DNA of 64,000 nt from assembly GCF_001194135.2 (NCBI RefSeq), contig NC_068992.1, forward strand, positions 19,022,354-19,086,353, written 5' to 3'. The notes under the pieces are model-generated. The model worked only from the letters and a program-made list of their open reading frames with translations, ran no database searches and was not told where the DNA came from. Source of the stretch: Octopus bimaculoides (taxonomy: Eukaryota). This document shows, in pieces, positions 1 to 12,390 of the stretch; the first letter of the stretch is position 1, and every line of letters begins with the position of its first letter. A program made the translations under genes and the position numbers.

Positions 1-1851
1 TCTACACCATTTTGACTGGTCAGACAGATGACCAAGGGTCTTCCAGTCATTACGCTTTCGGTCTTTATTTTTAAATCATGGTGAAGCTATTACTAAATTA
101 TCCAATATGTCCTTCCATTTTTTTAAAAAGAGATGATACGTCATCATCACGTGTGAATTCGTAGAAGATTCTCTAGCTGGGTTGTTTATTTTAGACTGTT
201 ACCCAAAGATTGTTCTTAGAATTTTATTTAATACATTGATAGGTGCAAATATTTAATTTACAAATATCAGTAGCTCAAAGATTAAACATGCAAGCCGAAA
301 ATGACAAGTTTACATTAAAACTACTTTCAATATGTTTACTAACTAATTTGATAGCGAAGTATCACGCCTACATCTTTATAGATGTTTGGAAATCTCATCC
401 ACTCTTCCTCACATAAGTTTTGATGTCAGCAAATGAATAAGAGATTAGATGTGGAATGTAATGGAGTATATTCGATAAATCGAATATCAATTATAATTAA
501 AGGAAAAGTTTAAACTGCAGTTAATTGATTTCGGTAGTGCTGTCTTGTTTCTTTGACCTAAATGCATTTTATTTAGATAAATACTAAGTTTTAGAACAGT
601 GGTTTACATTTTTGAGTAGGTGTGTATTTAATTAATTCAATCTTGGAAACTGAAAGCTAGGAAATTTTATGGAACTTGAATGGAGAGTAAAAGAGAGATC
701 TGCGGTGGCATTTGAATTCAGAAACCGAAGGTACATATGTAAATATTGCTATCATTTTGCCCGCTAATTTACCGCTACTGCAACTTGCTTCTAATTTTCT
801 GAGACGAATAGATCGTTTATAACATAAGCACACATCCAATTATTTTAATGGCACTTAATTGATACCGGTAATTAAGTAACTCGCTAAGGGCCTTGAGCTT
901 GTATATGTTCTTTTTTTATTATTTATATATTTATCTTTTAGCTTTAGGCCTTCCTGTGCTTCACACTGCATTGTGTATTGGACGTTGCCCGTCCAGTGCA
1001 GCAGAAGAAGAAGCAGTACGTTTGTTAAGTTTGGGAGGCGGCAACAGCGCTGCTATCTAAAAATCAAGTACCTCAAATGAAATGACAGAAAAAAATTAAT
1101 AAGAGCGATCAACATACCAAAGAAGGCATCGGATAAACGCTACTTATGATGGGCTCTAATCAAAGCCGAAAGAATATTATGGCTACGAAGCACTCGATTC
1201 TGAGAGCCAGAGCTACAGCAAAAATCGGGACTCGTTATGTACGAACGGTGTACCAAACTCGAATACATGCTTGTGTTTACTATGTAAAAACTGTGATTTA
1301 CCAAAAAGCGCAACTCATTGATGCGACAGCTATAAATTCATAGATCAAATCCATAATCAAGTACATAAATCAAATTCCTAAATCAAACACGAGTATTGAA
1401 GCAGATTTAATCGATTAATTTCACCGTGTCAAATGAATAGTCCTTAGTAAGGTATATCATTGCACTTAGAAATACATTTATATTCTGAATATGTCATGTT
1501 GGCATGAATCCTAAAGTTATTAGAGAGACTAAAAGCAGGTGCAGTAACTCAGTGCAAGTGAGTGAAAAAATGCATTTTCTGAATACATTCATTTATTTCT
1601 GTATCGCTACGTGAGATCCTTTAAATACAATGCATCGGTATGATAATCTTCAATTTCATAGAGGTCGCTAAGAAAGTCAGATATTATTATTGAAGAACCA
1701 TAAATTAAACAATTAAGCAATTAAGTAATTGACGACTGTACTACAATTGATCAAATATTGAGTCTATTATTAGTAGATGCGGCAACATGGAGAGACATAT
1801 TCATCTTTAACAATATGCTGCTGCACTATCCATCGACTCATTGATAAATAG

Positions 1852-2015
1852 AAGGTACTGGCGTAGTTGGTTGGTTAAGAAGTTAGATTCGCAGTCACTG
1901 GGTCTCGGGTTCTAACTTCCCCTGCTTTACTCTGCACGTGTGTCTTCTACTGTTGACAAATAAATAAAAAAAAGGTTGAGTGGAATTTGTTAGAAGGAGA
2001 CTGCGCAAAATCCAT
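1852..2015 (+). mobile_element. tRNA-derived SINE, degenerate
   Basis: A-box-like TGGCGTAGTTGG and B-box-like GGGTTCTAACT, followed by a GTGTCTTCTACT body similar to the copies at 6592 and 8834. Confidence 0.6.
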
Positions 2016-2272
2016 CTTGTTTGTATTGTGTGTATGTGTGTGGACATGTCAGTCTGTGCATTTGTTTCTGTCGCTCTTTGTAACTGCGCGTGTTTGTGTT
2101 TATATTTACAGCCGTCACTTGCGAGAGAGTGATCATTAGTACCGTTTACAATACTTTCGCCTATTGTTTGCGTGATGTCTAGTTAGTTGTGAGCATATAT
2201 AGTCACCTTCGCAGTGGACTCAGTCTTGCACGTAACGGAAAACGGGAGTGAGAAAGAGACAGTGAAATCGAT

Positions 2273-2370
2273 AGATAAATAGATGGATAGATAGATACAT
2301 AGAGATAGAGAGAGAAAAAGATAGAAAGAGAGAGAGAGAGAGAGAGCGAGGAAGGGAGAGAGAGAGAGAA
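2273..2370. repeat. Compound (GATA)n/(GA)n microsatellite
   Basis: Seen directly; explains ORFs 2183-2395 and 2220-2429. Confidence 0.95.
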
Positions 2371-2787
2371 CTGTATTGGCACGACTGGTACTCATTATAT
2401 CCGAGTAGTCTGAAGCAATGTGAAATCAAATATCTTACTCAATGTCTTTTTGAATGTGGGCAGAAGGTCAAGTGATATTATGCTTTCTAATATAAATAGC
2501 AATGTTTTGCACAACGTTATACTCAATGATATAACAAATCTGAATACATAAAAAACACACATTAGACTGAAATCACTATTGAAATTCATAAAAATGACTA
2601 GAAGTTAAATCCGGTGCCTCCCCATCGCGGGAGTCTAATAATTGCAACGAAAAGAAAAAGTTATAAGATCAAAAAAAATGATTAAATGAAGGGGATCGGA
2701 ACTGCATCTTGGAAACGTTTACTTACACAACTAGCAATAACAGATTTTGTCATTCGGTTTTCGCCACACTGTAATAGTTTTTTTGTT

Positions 2788-3132
2788 GGCACTCTGTCGC
2801 TTACGACGTCGAGGGTTCCAGCTGATCCGATCAACGGAACAGCCTGCTCGTGAAATTAACGTGCAAGTGGCTGAGCACTCCACAGACACGTGTACGCTTA
2901 ACGTAGTGCTCGGGGATATTCAGCGTGACCCTTTGAATTACAGGCACAACAGAAACAGGAAGTAAGAGTGAGAGAAAGTTGTGGTGGAAGAGTACAGCAG
3001 GGTTCGCCACCATCCCCTGCCGGAGCCTCGTGGAGCTTTAGGTGTTTTCGCTCAATAAACACTCACAATCGAAACCGCGATCCTATGACCGCGAGCCCGC
3101 TGCCCTAACCACGGTGCCATTGCGCCTCCACA
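2788..3132 (-). mobile_element. Near full-length tRNA-derived SINE (octopus OR-type)
   Basis: Minus strand begins TGTGGAGGCGCAATGGCACCGTGGTTAGGGCAGCGG...GGTTTCGATT (A and B boxes), then a ~300 bp GC-richer body ending GGAACCCTCGACGTCGTAAGCGACAGAGTGCC. Confidence 0.8.
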
Positions 3133-3176
3133 CTGGGATAGTAGACTTGCTATAAATAACCGTTAATACATTTAGC

Positions 3177-3900
3177 CTAACTTAATGTTAATTCAAAACA
3201 AACAAAAACATCTATTTCACCCGCCCTTAATTCTTTGCTAGTCCAAAACATTTTCACAAGTTTGTCTCTCAGACTTTTAGTATGAAAAGCTTGGACGTTA
3301 GAGACAAACCTATGAAAATGAATTGTTGATACTTTTAACCCTAGTTTCATACATACTGAGTAATATAAAGCTTTCCATTCATAAGTTCCAAATAAAAATT
3401 GTGGTTGAAAGAAAGAATGTTGGGAATGCGTATTATACATGATGCATGGATACCAGAGAAATAAGCCTCACATATCACACATGTTACACTTATGTATCAC
3501 TTGTGTATTATATGTGATTCACAAGAGACATGTAAAGGTTTAATATCAAAACAAAGTTAGAAGTTCAACGAAATTATTAGCTATTTCCAATCCTACATAA
3601 AATACAAGAGCCGTTTTGCAGTCTTGTATTATATGTAATGCAGAAGAGAGATGCAAAGGTTTCATATCCAGACCAGTTAGAAGTACATCGGAATTAGCAG
3701 CTATTCGCAATCCTTTATAAAATGAAAGGGTCATATTGCAGTCGTTTGAACAGTGAAAACATCTGATAAGATCCCAGATTCTTCGCGTTTATCCGATACC
3801 AATTCTTTATCTATGGCTGCATTTCTGACAAGGATAAAAGCTCGATAAGTTAGAGAATTATCGTTTGAATCATGCAATATATACATCAACAGGAAATGCC
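3177..3900 (-). pseudogene. Possible decayed glycosyltransferase remnant (GT61/EOGT-like)
   Basis: ORF 3177-3440 has GTYEWKALYYSV and ELRAGEIDVFVCFE, resembling GT61 RYEYANLYHT and RAG..xVCF; upstream frames are broken by stops. Motif match by eye only. Confidence 0.25.
3505..3722. repeat. Diverged tandem duplication, period ~121 bp
   Basis: GTATTATATGT...AAAGGTTT.ATATC...GTTAGAAGT...AATCCT..ATAAAA starts at 3505 and again at 3626. Confidence 0.85.
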
Positions 3901-4619
3901 GAGGAAACCCTATGAAATATGATCTTTAAATAACGATTTACACTTTCTTTGTCTCTCGCCTATTCATTGTAATTCTAACTTACATTTACCATCGATATTA
4001 TTAGTCTCAGTGCGTAGATATCTGATTCTATGTTTTTCTGCGAATACATGAGTGTGTCTTTCAAAGTAATTCTGATATTTCAAAGTTTGTAGGAAATTAT
4101 GGACATCTTTATCGTTGTCTTCATTGCGGGGAGTTGTCTAAATAAATTAATATATTACCATTCACGGGAAATATATATAATATACGCATCAGTAACAGAA
4201 GCATACACGCAAATGCATGCATATGTATAATGCATATTTGGACGTGTAGTTATCTATAGACTCATAAGTACATATAACTATAAAAGTGGTTGAAACATAT
4301 GTATTTATGTATAACTATGAGGGCACACATGCGAATAGAAGTGATTTCCTTGAAATATAAGATCACATTAAGATATCAGTATATACATGTATAAACAACA
4401 TGAGAAAATATGAATTATGTAGGTGTGTACATAGTTTTCTTTGAATTTAATATTTGTAATATTATATGCATAAATTGGAAAACTCACAACGTTATGTATG
4501 TTCACATAGACTGGCGTATTGTACCATATTCACGGAAAAAAGCATTAATATTTTAACGTCCCTTCACTGTTTATTGTCATGTTTGCATGTATGCAAATGC
4601 AGTTATGTATATTCGTCTT

Positions 4620-4673
4620 TATCTATCTATCTATCTATCTATCTATCGATATATCTATCTATCTACCTATGTA

Positions 4674-4708
<35 letters not shown>

Positions 4709-4835
4709 GTCTCTCTCTCTCTCTCGCTCTATCTATCTATCATATACATGAGTATATGTATGTATATGTATAAACACACACACACACACACGTACGTGTG
4801 TGTGTGTGTGCATGCGTGTTTGTTTGTGGTTGTGT
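4620..4835. repeat. Compound microsatellite (ATCT)n(GTCT)n(CT)n(CA)n(GT)n
   Basis: Seen directly. Confidence 0.95.
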
Positions 4836-5378
4836 GAGTGTGTGTGAATGTGTCTGTAAATGAGTTGAATAAATGAAGAATTCAAAGAATCCTGCGGTTT
4901 ACAGAGTAAATTCCTACTTAAATTAATACAATATGAAGGAAGTTGCAAAACGGTAGTGGAACGTGGTTAAATTGATATATATGCACATTCTTACCTGTTG
5001 GCTTTATAAATATATATATATTTATAAAATGAAACATACGCAGTAAGTACAGGACATCACCAACGAGTGAAAAATACGAGAGAGAGTACAGGACAAAATA
5101 CCAAAAGAAGATAATTCGCATCATATGTCGAACTGTATGTTACTCCTAATTCGTGCTTTTAACGACAATATAGGAAAATTCATAAGGCAGCAGCATCTAG
5201 AAATTTTAAAAATATAAAATTCATGGTGAGTTAGAGCTTCGAACGAACAAACAACGACAGATCAGACATACACAGTAAGCAATCGACGAAGACATACATT
5301 AAGGGCCGTTAGGCCAATACGAATTGTAATAAGTAACGCCTGGGGTGTATATACATACTTACATACGTACATACATAA

Positions 5379-5416
<38 letters not shown>

Positions 5417-5773
5417 NNNNNNNNNNNNNNNNNNNNNNNNNNNNNNNNNNNNNNNNNNNNNNNNNNNNNNNNNNNNNNNNNNNNNNNNNNNNNNNNNNNN
5501 NNNNNNNNNNNNNNNNNNNNNNNNNNNNNNNNNNNNNNNNNNNNNNNNNNNNNNNNNNNNNNNNNNNNNNNNNNNNNNNNNNNNNNNNNNNNNNNNNNNN
5601 NNNNNNNNNNNNNNNNNNNNNNNNNNNNNNNNNNNNNNNNNNNNNACGCACACACACACACGCACACACACACACACACATATACACACATGCACACTTA
5701 CATACAAACACGCACATATCTACATCTCTGTCTGTCTCTCTGTCTATGTATGTATGTATGTATGTATGTATGC

Positions 5774-5814
<41 letters not shown>

Positions 5815-6075
5815 ACTCCGGTGAATGACGTAATGGATATACCGCAAAGATCGGCCGTAATGGATATACAGTACTGCACACTTCGATTAATATGTGCGTA
5901 TGTGTACATATGTGTGTGTGTGTGTGTGTGTCTGTAATCTCAGATATGCTTATGAATATTGGATTTGTTAGCAATCGGTCTGCAGCACAATCGCATACAC
6001 ACACACGCACACATACACACATACATACACACACACACACAGACGCACACACACACACACAGACACAGACACAGA

Positions 6076-6126
<51 letters not shown>

Positions 6127-6199
6127 ACATGAAATTTATATAGTTCATAAATCAAAAGGAGCGACTACTAATATATCTTTGCCTTCTAGTGTAATGGTT

Positions 6200-7220
6200 A
6201 TCAATCAGCTTAGCAGAAGTCATTTTCAGTTAGGGATTTAACCAATACCGGAAATTGTACGTCCTAACAAAATAACTTATAGAACTCCAACATAGAATGA
6301 CACGCCCGTATCGTACTCACCTCTTTCTGAACACGCGTTTTCAACAGCTTTGAACTGGTTGCTTGGCTGTAGAAGAATAGTTGTATGTTTTCATTTGTAG
6401 TGTTCTATCTGGGAAGCAGTGTTGTCCAGGAAACAATAACTGACTTTAACTCGGTATGTGTTATGACTGTAGGAAGTGTTTCCTAACTGAATGTAAAAAA
6501 ATAGGATCTTGTCTATTGCTCATGTTGAATTTCAAATTGTGATGTGAGTAAACTACTTTTATTTCCTTTACTTCGTTTTAAACTAGCTTCGAGTCGCGTG
6601 GGGTGTGGCCGTGTGGTAATTAGCTTGTTTACCAATCACATGGTTCCGGGTTCAGTACTACTGCGTGTCACCTTGGGCAAGTGTCTTCTACATTATCCTT
6701 CGGGCGATCAAAGCTTTGTGAGTGGATTCTAATTATTCCAGTTGCAGGTTTCAATCTTATGGCTGGGGTGACCAGATTAAATTTTTGGATATGTATATTG
6801 ACAGTTTATGACGCTTTGTGTACGCATTGATCTCTTGTATTTAAACATAATATTATATCTAGGAATTCGACTAAAATTTAGCTCGTATTAATGATTATGT
6901 CAAACACATCTAAATTTGCCAATAGAATGATAATCCATATTATATGAGACTTGCTAAACCCTTTCTCTGTACAATTCGGAGATATGTGCAGGAATATTCT
7001 GATGGAAGCCAAGGATAAATAATCAAACGAGATCGACTGTATCAGTTCAGCCCTATCATACGCCTTATAAACACGTTCAAGAAATGCATCCCTCATTTTC
7101 GAATTACTATGATTTGTCATGTTGTGTTAGTGACTGCCTTATATCTTATTATTCTGGTATTTACATCGCTGATTTTAGTTAACTATCTCCTGATATCCAG
7201 GTTATAGTGAATCTGAAAGG
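6200..7220 (-). pseudogene. Possible decayed core-2/I-branching glycosyltransferase (GT14) remnant, split by a SINE
   Basis: ORF 6878-7120 FLERVYKAYDRAELIQSISFD...NC...SKSHIIW resembles GT14 FERLLRAIYRPQN.YCIHVD...CF.NV.....V.W. Past the SINE (~6330-6290), KR*VR / GVSFYVGVL resembles GKWVR..CIFGVGDL. Confidence 0.3.
6592..6729 (+). mobile_element. tRNA-derived SINE
   Basis: TGGCCGTGTGG A-box, GGGTTCAGTAC B-box-like, then CCTTGGGCAAGTGTCTTCTAC core. Confidence 0.8.
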
Positions 7221-7572
7221 TGATTTGAATCATATAGTAACAACAACAACAAAGCAGACCCAATGTTCTACTTTTATGATACTTGTAATCCTGAGTTAAG
7301 TAATGTCATGACAGATTTAACTAACTATTCTGGATTTGAGAGTAGTCGATTAAGTAAAATTTGGAGTTGGAGACAAATATGGCATATTCTTAAAGATAAT
7401 GTAACGCTAATGTAATGTGTTGGCGCGGATAGGCAGGTTTATCAATTTTACTAATGAAATATGTCGCTTAAGTTTCTCTTTATATATCTACACATTCCTC
7501 TGTATACCAGAGAGCTGATATTTTGAAGTATTAGTAATGCTATTTGTCAGGAAATTTGCGTGCGTCGTGTTG

Positions 7573-7612
<40 letters not shown>

Positions 7613-7681
7613 GTACACTCTGGTCTGTCTGACTGTATCTCTCTCTCTTTCTCTCTCTCTTTCTATCTCTCTCTTTCTCTA

Positions 7682-7746
<65 letters not shown>

Positions 7747-7754
7747 GTATTATT

Positions 7755-7950
7755 TTACTCTTTTATTCTTATATTTGTTTCAGCCATTTGACTGCGGCCA
7801 TGCTGGAGCACCACCTTTAATCGAATAAATCGACCCAAGGAATTATTCTTTGTAAGTCAATTACTTATTCTATCGGTCTATTTTGCCGAACCACTATGTT
7901 ACGGGGACGTAAACACACCAGCATCTGTTGTCAAGTGTTGTTGGGGGCAG
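7755..7950 (-). mobile_element. SINE 3' part (octopus OK-type)
   Basis: Minus strand ...GGTGCTCCAGCATGGCCGCAGTCAAATGGCTGAAACAAAT tail, also at 39285 and 41395. Confidence 0.8.
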
Positions 7951-8099
7951 AAACACACCCACCCAAACATATACATACATACATACATACTAATATATAT
8001 ATATATATATATATATANNNNNNNNNNNNNNNNNNNNNNNNNNNNNNNNNNNNNNNNNTATATAATCCAAACAAAGAAGAACAAACAAGAAAAAGCATC

Positions 8100-8250
8100 A
8101 ACGCGAGGACGTGGTACAAGTACTGTATTTTTAGACGCTCAGGAAAGGAAAGAGGATTTTACGTTTCGAGCGAAGTTCTTCAGAAATAGAGGGAAGTCCA
8201 AAGAAGGGAAGACGGAGGAAGAAAATCGCCAACGATACACACGAGGTTAC
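8100..8250 (-). mobile_element. Penelope-type terminal repeat fragment with degenerate hammerhead-like core
   Basis: Minus strand CTGAAGA-ACTTCGCTC-GAAAC-GTA (8183-8159); flank TTTCCTTTCCTGAGCGTC shared with the copy at 29245-29400. Confidence 0.5.
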
Positions 8251-8833
8251 ATTTTCAAATGACCGGAAGGGAATGTGTGGAGAAAAAGTTCTTTCTTAGA
8301 CAGGAGAGTGTAAGAGAAGGAGGTATGTGTGTGTATGTGTCGGTCTGTGCTTGCGCGCAGGCCTATGTGTGTGTGTAATAGCACGTGTATGTGCGTATGT
8401 GTGTGTGAGTGAATTTCGTGTCGCTTAATGTCGTAGGAAGAATTTATAATAAGAAACTTGGTAGCGGTGGCTGTCTTTTGTGTGTCTCCCTTCACATATG
8501 CGTAGGAGATTGTTCAGTAGAAAGGTGTTTTGACTGGTAGTTTGAAGTATGTACGTGTATGTATATGTTGTGTGTGTGTGTTTTGTGTGCAGTGTGTGCC
8601 TGTGTCTGTGTGTACGTGTGTGTATGTGTGTATGCCTGGGGTTGTCTGTAGAGTAAATGTGCGTTACTCTCTGTGTGTGCTTCTGTGTGCATGTGTGTGC
8701 GTGTGTCTATGTCCATGTATGTACGAGGGTGTGTTGTGTGCGTGTGTTTGTATGTGGGTGTGTATGCTTGTGTGCGTGGGTTTGTGAGTGTTAGGTATGT
8801 GTGCACTCATATATATATATATATATATATACG

Positions 8834-8980
8834 ACGAACTTCTTTCGGTGTCCGTCTATCAAATCCACTCACAAGGCTTTGGTCGGCCTGAGGCTATTTT
8901 AGAAGACACCTGCCCAAGGTGCCACGCAGTGGGACTGAACCCGGAGCCATGTGGCGTGTAAGCAAGCAACTTATCACACA
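8834..8980 (-). mobile_element. tRNA-derived SINE (same family as 6592)
   Basis: Reverse complement contains GGGTTCAGTCCCACTGCGTGGCACCTTGGGCAGGTGTCTTCTA. Confidence 0.8.
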
Positions 8981-9199
8981 TGTATTTGCTTTGACTTATG
9001 TGCAAGTTTGAGGAATTTAGAAATTCTTTGAAAGGTTTCATGTAGTTTTTCAAGACACTATTAATGAGATCAAATTCGATACTTCAACAGAATTCATTGT
9101 TTTCTTTTTTTAGTCTGGAAACTTTCTCGTTTAGAATTCCTACTTGACGCACACAATATTAAGAGACAATCTCATACAATATGAACGGTCATGCTATGG

Positions 9200-9730
9200 A
9201 TCAATTTATAAAATATTTAATGGGAATATTGAAAGAAATTACCTTACATATAGACATTAGATCTACTTCAGTGATATCCAGTTTCATAGCCATAAAATTA
9301 AATTAAATTACAGGGCTACACTACAATAACACAAATCGAAACGGAGAACATTATGCACATCCACAAATGTTCCAAACTCGTCCGGTTATAATTTGGTATC
9401 TTGAATTCGGAATCAGTAAAGGAGCTTTCGTTCTATCCTCGGAGACCGACATCTTCCAATTTGTACCCCTACGCAAACACTAGGGTAGAACTTGGAATAG
9501 GAAGGTAATCTGGTTTAATCTACAAATATATAATTCGGTCAAGGAACATTGAAGTCCCCCATCTAAATTATCTGGAATATTTGGCAGCAAGGAACTAAAT
9601 GGATGATAATAGATTTGAACATCTATATAGAATTTCTCGAAGAAAGCAACGCAATAGTTCAAGGGGTCGCGACACTGAAGAGGTTTTGCAAAAAGAGAAG
9701 ATTTAGGGAGTAAATGTGTCGGATACATCG
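9200..9730 (-). pseudogene. Possible carbohydrate sulfotransferase (Sulfotransfer_2) remnant, copy 1
   Basis: ORF 9480-9728 CRDPLNYCVAFFEKFY resembles VRDPFERLVSA(Y/F).DKF; downstream NSRYQIITGR and frameshifted FGTFVDVHNVL resemble YD.IGKLETF.ED.N.IL. Confidence 0.3.
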
Positions 9731-10054
9731 GATATATCTATATCAAGATATCTTTGTCTTTCTCATTTTCGCTCCGTAAATAGACGTACATATGTGATAG
9801 AAAGAAAGAAGGATAGACCGAGATACGAAAAGAAACAAATATATAAGTATTACAAAATCTAACATTGAATTGTTGACGAAAAATTGAGAATGGCCTGTAA
9901 GTTGCGTAGTTTCTATTTCACAGTGGTAGATATTTCACAATTACTCGTGGTGCAAATTGAGATGATTACATCAGGAAACAGATGTTTTAACATTTAAGAA
10001 GACGCAAAAGTGTTGCACTCACACCTATAGTATTGTAGCATCTCTCTCACTCTC

Positions 10055-10243
10055 TGTATATGTGTGTATGCATGTATGTATGTATGTATGTATGTATGTA
10101 TGTATGTATGTATGTATGTATGCATGTATATATACATGTATATATATATGTGTATACATATATGTATGTATATATATATATGTATGTATATATGTATATA
10201 TGTATGTATATATGTATATATGTTTATATATGTATATATATGT

Positions 10244-10279
<36 letters not shown>

Positions 10280-10280
10280 T
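10055..10280. repeat. (TATG)n/(TA)n/(CA)n microsatellite
   Basis: Seen directly; source of five overlapping low-complexity ORFs. Confidence 0.95.
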
Positions 10281-10885
10281 TGTTTTTTCTGTAGTTGCAG
10301 CTATGAGCTGCGGCCATGCTGATGCACCACCATTTTGTTACACTGTTATTACTGAGAGCCTCCTCCAATATGTGGCACTTGGTGAAGAATTGAGTTTGAT
10401 GTAGCTACACTCATTTGCACTTCTTGCCGTGAGGTAGGTTCATCTGGGACTCTCGAAGTCAAACTTCACCGCCCTGGAAATTTCTTCGTTCATAAATATT
10501 TACAAACGTCACTGTAGCGGCAAGTATTTGTAAATACTTATAATTATCCTTCTTTCATATTAAGCTTTCTTTAAACAGACAATATTAGCAAGCTTTCTTT
10601 CAATAGACAATATTTTTATTTTATGACTTAAAAATTACTACTTATTTACTTATCTTATCTTCTATTAACTTTGCAACTTTTTGTGCAGAAAAATCTTCCA
10701 GAATAGTCAAACATCCGTAGATATACAGAAAAAATAATTTTGAGGTGTAAAAGTCTTATTTACTTATCTTATATTAATGTTTACCAGAAAAAAATCAGCG
10801 CTCGTCGAAATATGAAAATGTGTTGAGAGAGAGGGGGGAGAGAGAAATAAAGAGAGTGAATGAAAAAGAGAGAATGAGAGAGAGA

Positions 10886-10922
<37 letters not shown>

Positions 10923-11619
10923 TGCGAGTGTGCGTCTGTAGATAGAGAGAAAGGGATTGAGAGAAAGAGAGAGAGAGAGAGGTAGCGTTCATCAATAAAG
11001 TGGAAAGGTTTTTGCTGAGAGAAAGGGTGAGAGGCGCTGTTTGATCCACCCCCTCTCTCATTGTTATTACCATTTTGTCTCTTCTCTTCTTTTTTACTCT
11101 TACTGACACTGCTACTTCCTTGTTGCGTGATGTTGGACAAAGTTACAAACAAGCTCATTATATATATTTATATATATACACACATATGACGGACTCACCC
11201 GTAGTCTTGACGAACCATTGTGAGTTATATCTTTAGAGAATGTTGTGTAAAGCCGGAACAATGTGAGAAGGTACAAAGTAAATTACAAAAGGAAGAGAAA
11301 TCGGAACAAAGTTGCAATTTTACATTGTATATCCATATTTCGAGGAGAAGACCTCTTCTTCAGGACATTTGCCTCCCTCTCTCTCTCTCACATCTCAGCA
11401 ACCACCTTTTCCAGCTACCGCTTTTTCCAAATGTATCTTTCTAATAACTTTTAAAATATTCTGTTGAAAAGAATCCTTCGGATTACCAGGGGGAGATTTA
11501 AGTATAGTTGCATACTATTTAACCTCATTATATTCTACCAATCATTACTAAATTTGCTGAAGTGAAAATCAAAGTTACGTACCGTAAGGTAAGGAGTGCT
11601 CTGGGATTTAAATGAAATT

Positions 11620-12390
11620 TACCATGAGTTGGTAAAATTATTCTGCGCAGTGAATATATAAACAACTAGATTTACATTTATAGGAACTTTTCTTGAAATT
11701 AAATTATTTGGTGATAAATGTGTCTGTTTAAATATGTAAGCAAGTATCAATACCAACAAACGACAACTCAGTAGTGGCAACCACAGAAGATATTTATTAA
11801 AATAGAAACAATAACAGCAGATCAAGCACAAAAACATATGTTGTTGCAGTCAAATGTTCATTGAATCAACAACTGTAGAAGCTAGTTAAATTTCTTGCTT
11901 TCAACTGTCTGGATTGCTAGCTCACCCAAGAATGATATACTATTCTTTGGGCAGGACTGTCACATGCCTTCGGAAAACAAAATCAAGAAATGTAGAACAT
12001 ATAACTTTAGTACTGATATTCCAAACCTGTACAATCCCGTTAGTATCTCATGAAATATTGCTATTCCAGAGAATTCCTACCACATACGTTACTTATCAAC
12101 GACGATAAAGTCATGACCAGTCTTTGTTAAACCCATACCTATTTGGTTTAGCTAGAGATTTCGAAAGCATAAATCATCTTTATGGTGTCTACAGGACTAC
12201 TACGGTGACTAAATGTAAACTTGTGTTCGTAGGGGCTATTCAACATTACCATGAGGATTTAGATAGAGTCTCAATATTTAAAAGTAAAGCGTTTACAATG
12301 ACATCTTCCTTAAGCTGGACCATAAATGTGAGACGTCCGTGTATAAAGCTAAACGATGCTAAGTCTAACATTCACCACCAAATATGATGA
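11620..12390 (+). pseudogene. Possible DUF1647-like (glycosyltransferase-related) remnant
   Basis: One frame 11914-12387 broken by a single TAA (12106-12108): LAHPRMIYYS...TCTIP...QRR*SHDQSLLN, resembling THP.M..Y...CIAP...CHR.DQS.LN; upstream LFGDKCVCL resembles WGD.S.RF. Confidence 0.35.

Noticed and set aside
512-541. KLQLIDFGSA, a kinase DFG-like motif on the plus strand
   Set aside because: A stop follows within five codons, there is no HRD or APE motif in register, and there are no convincing splice sites.
5262-5815. Long ORFs spanning N-gaps (also ~21937-22525, 25586-26164, 35234-36097, 37986-39203, 39668-40136, 55025-55693)
   Set aside because: They are open only because N codons contain no stops; the flanks are microsatellites or repeats.
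8247-8891. Cys/Val-, His/Thr- and Tyr/Ile-rich ORFs here and throughout the window
   Set aside because: They are translations of (GT)n, (CA)n, (TA)n and (TATG)n microsatellites.
12142-12165. FGLARD, resembling a tyrosine-kinase activation loop
   Set aside because: It lacks the preceding Asp and other kinase motifs, and is better explained as part of the DUF1647-like frame.
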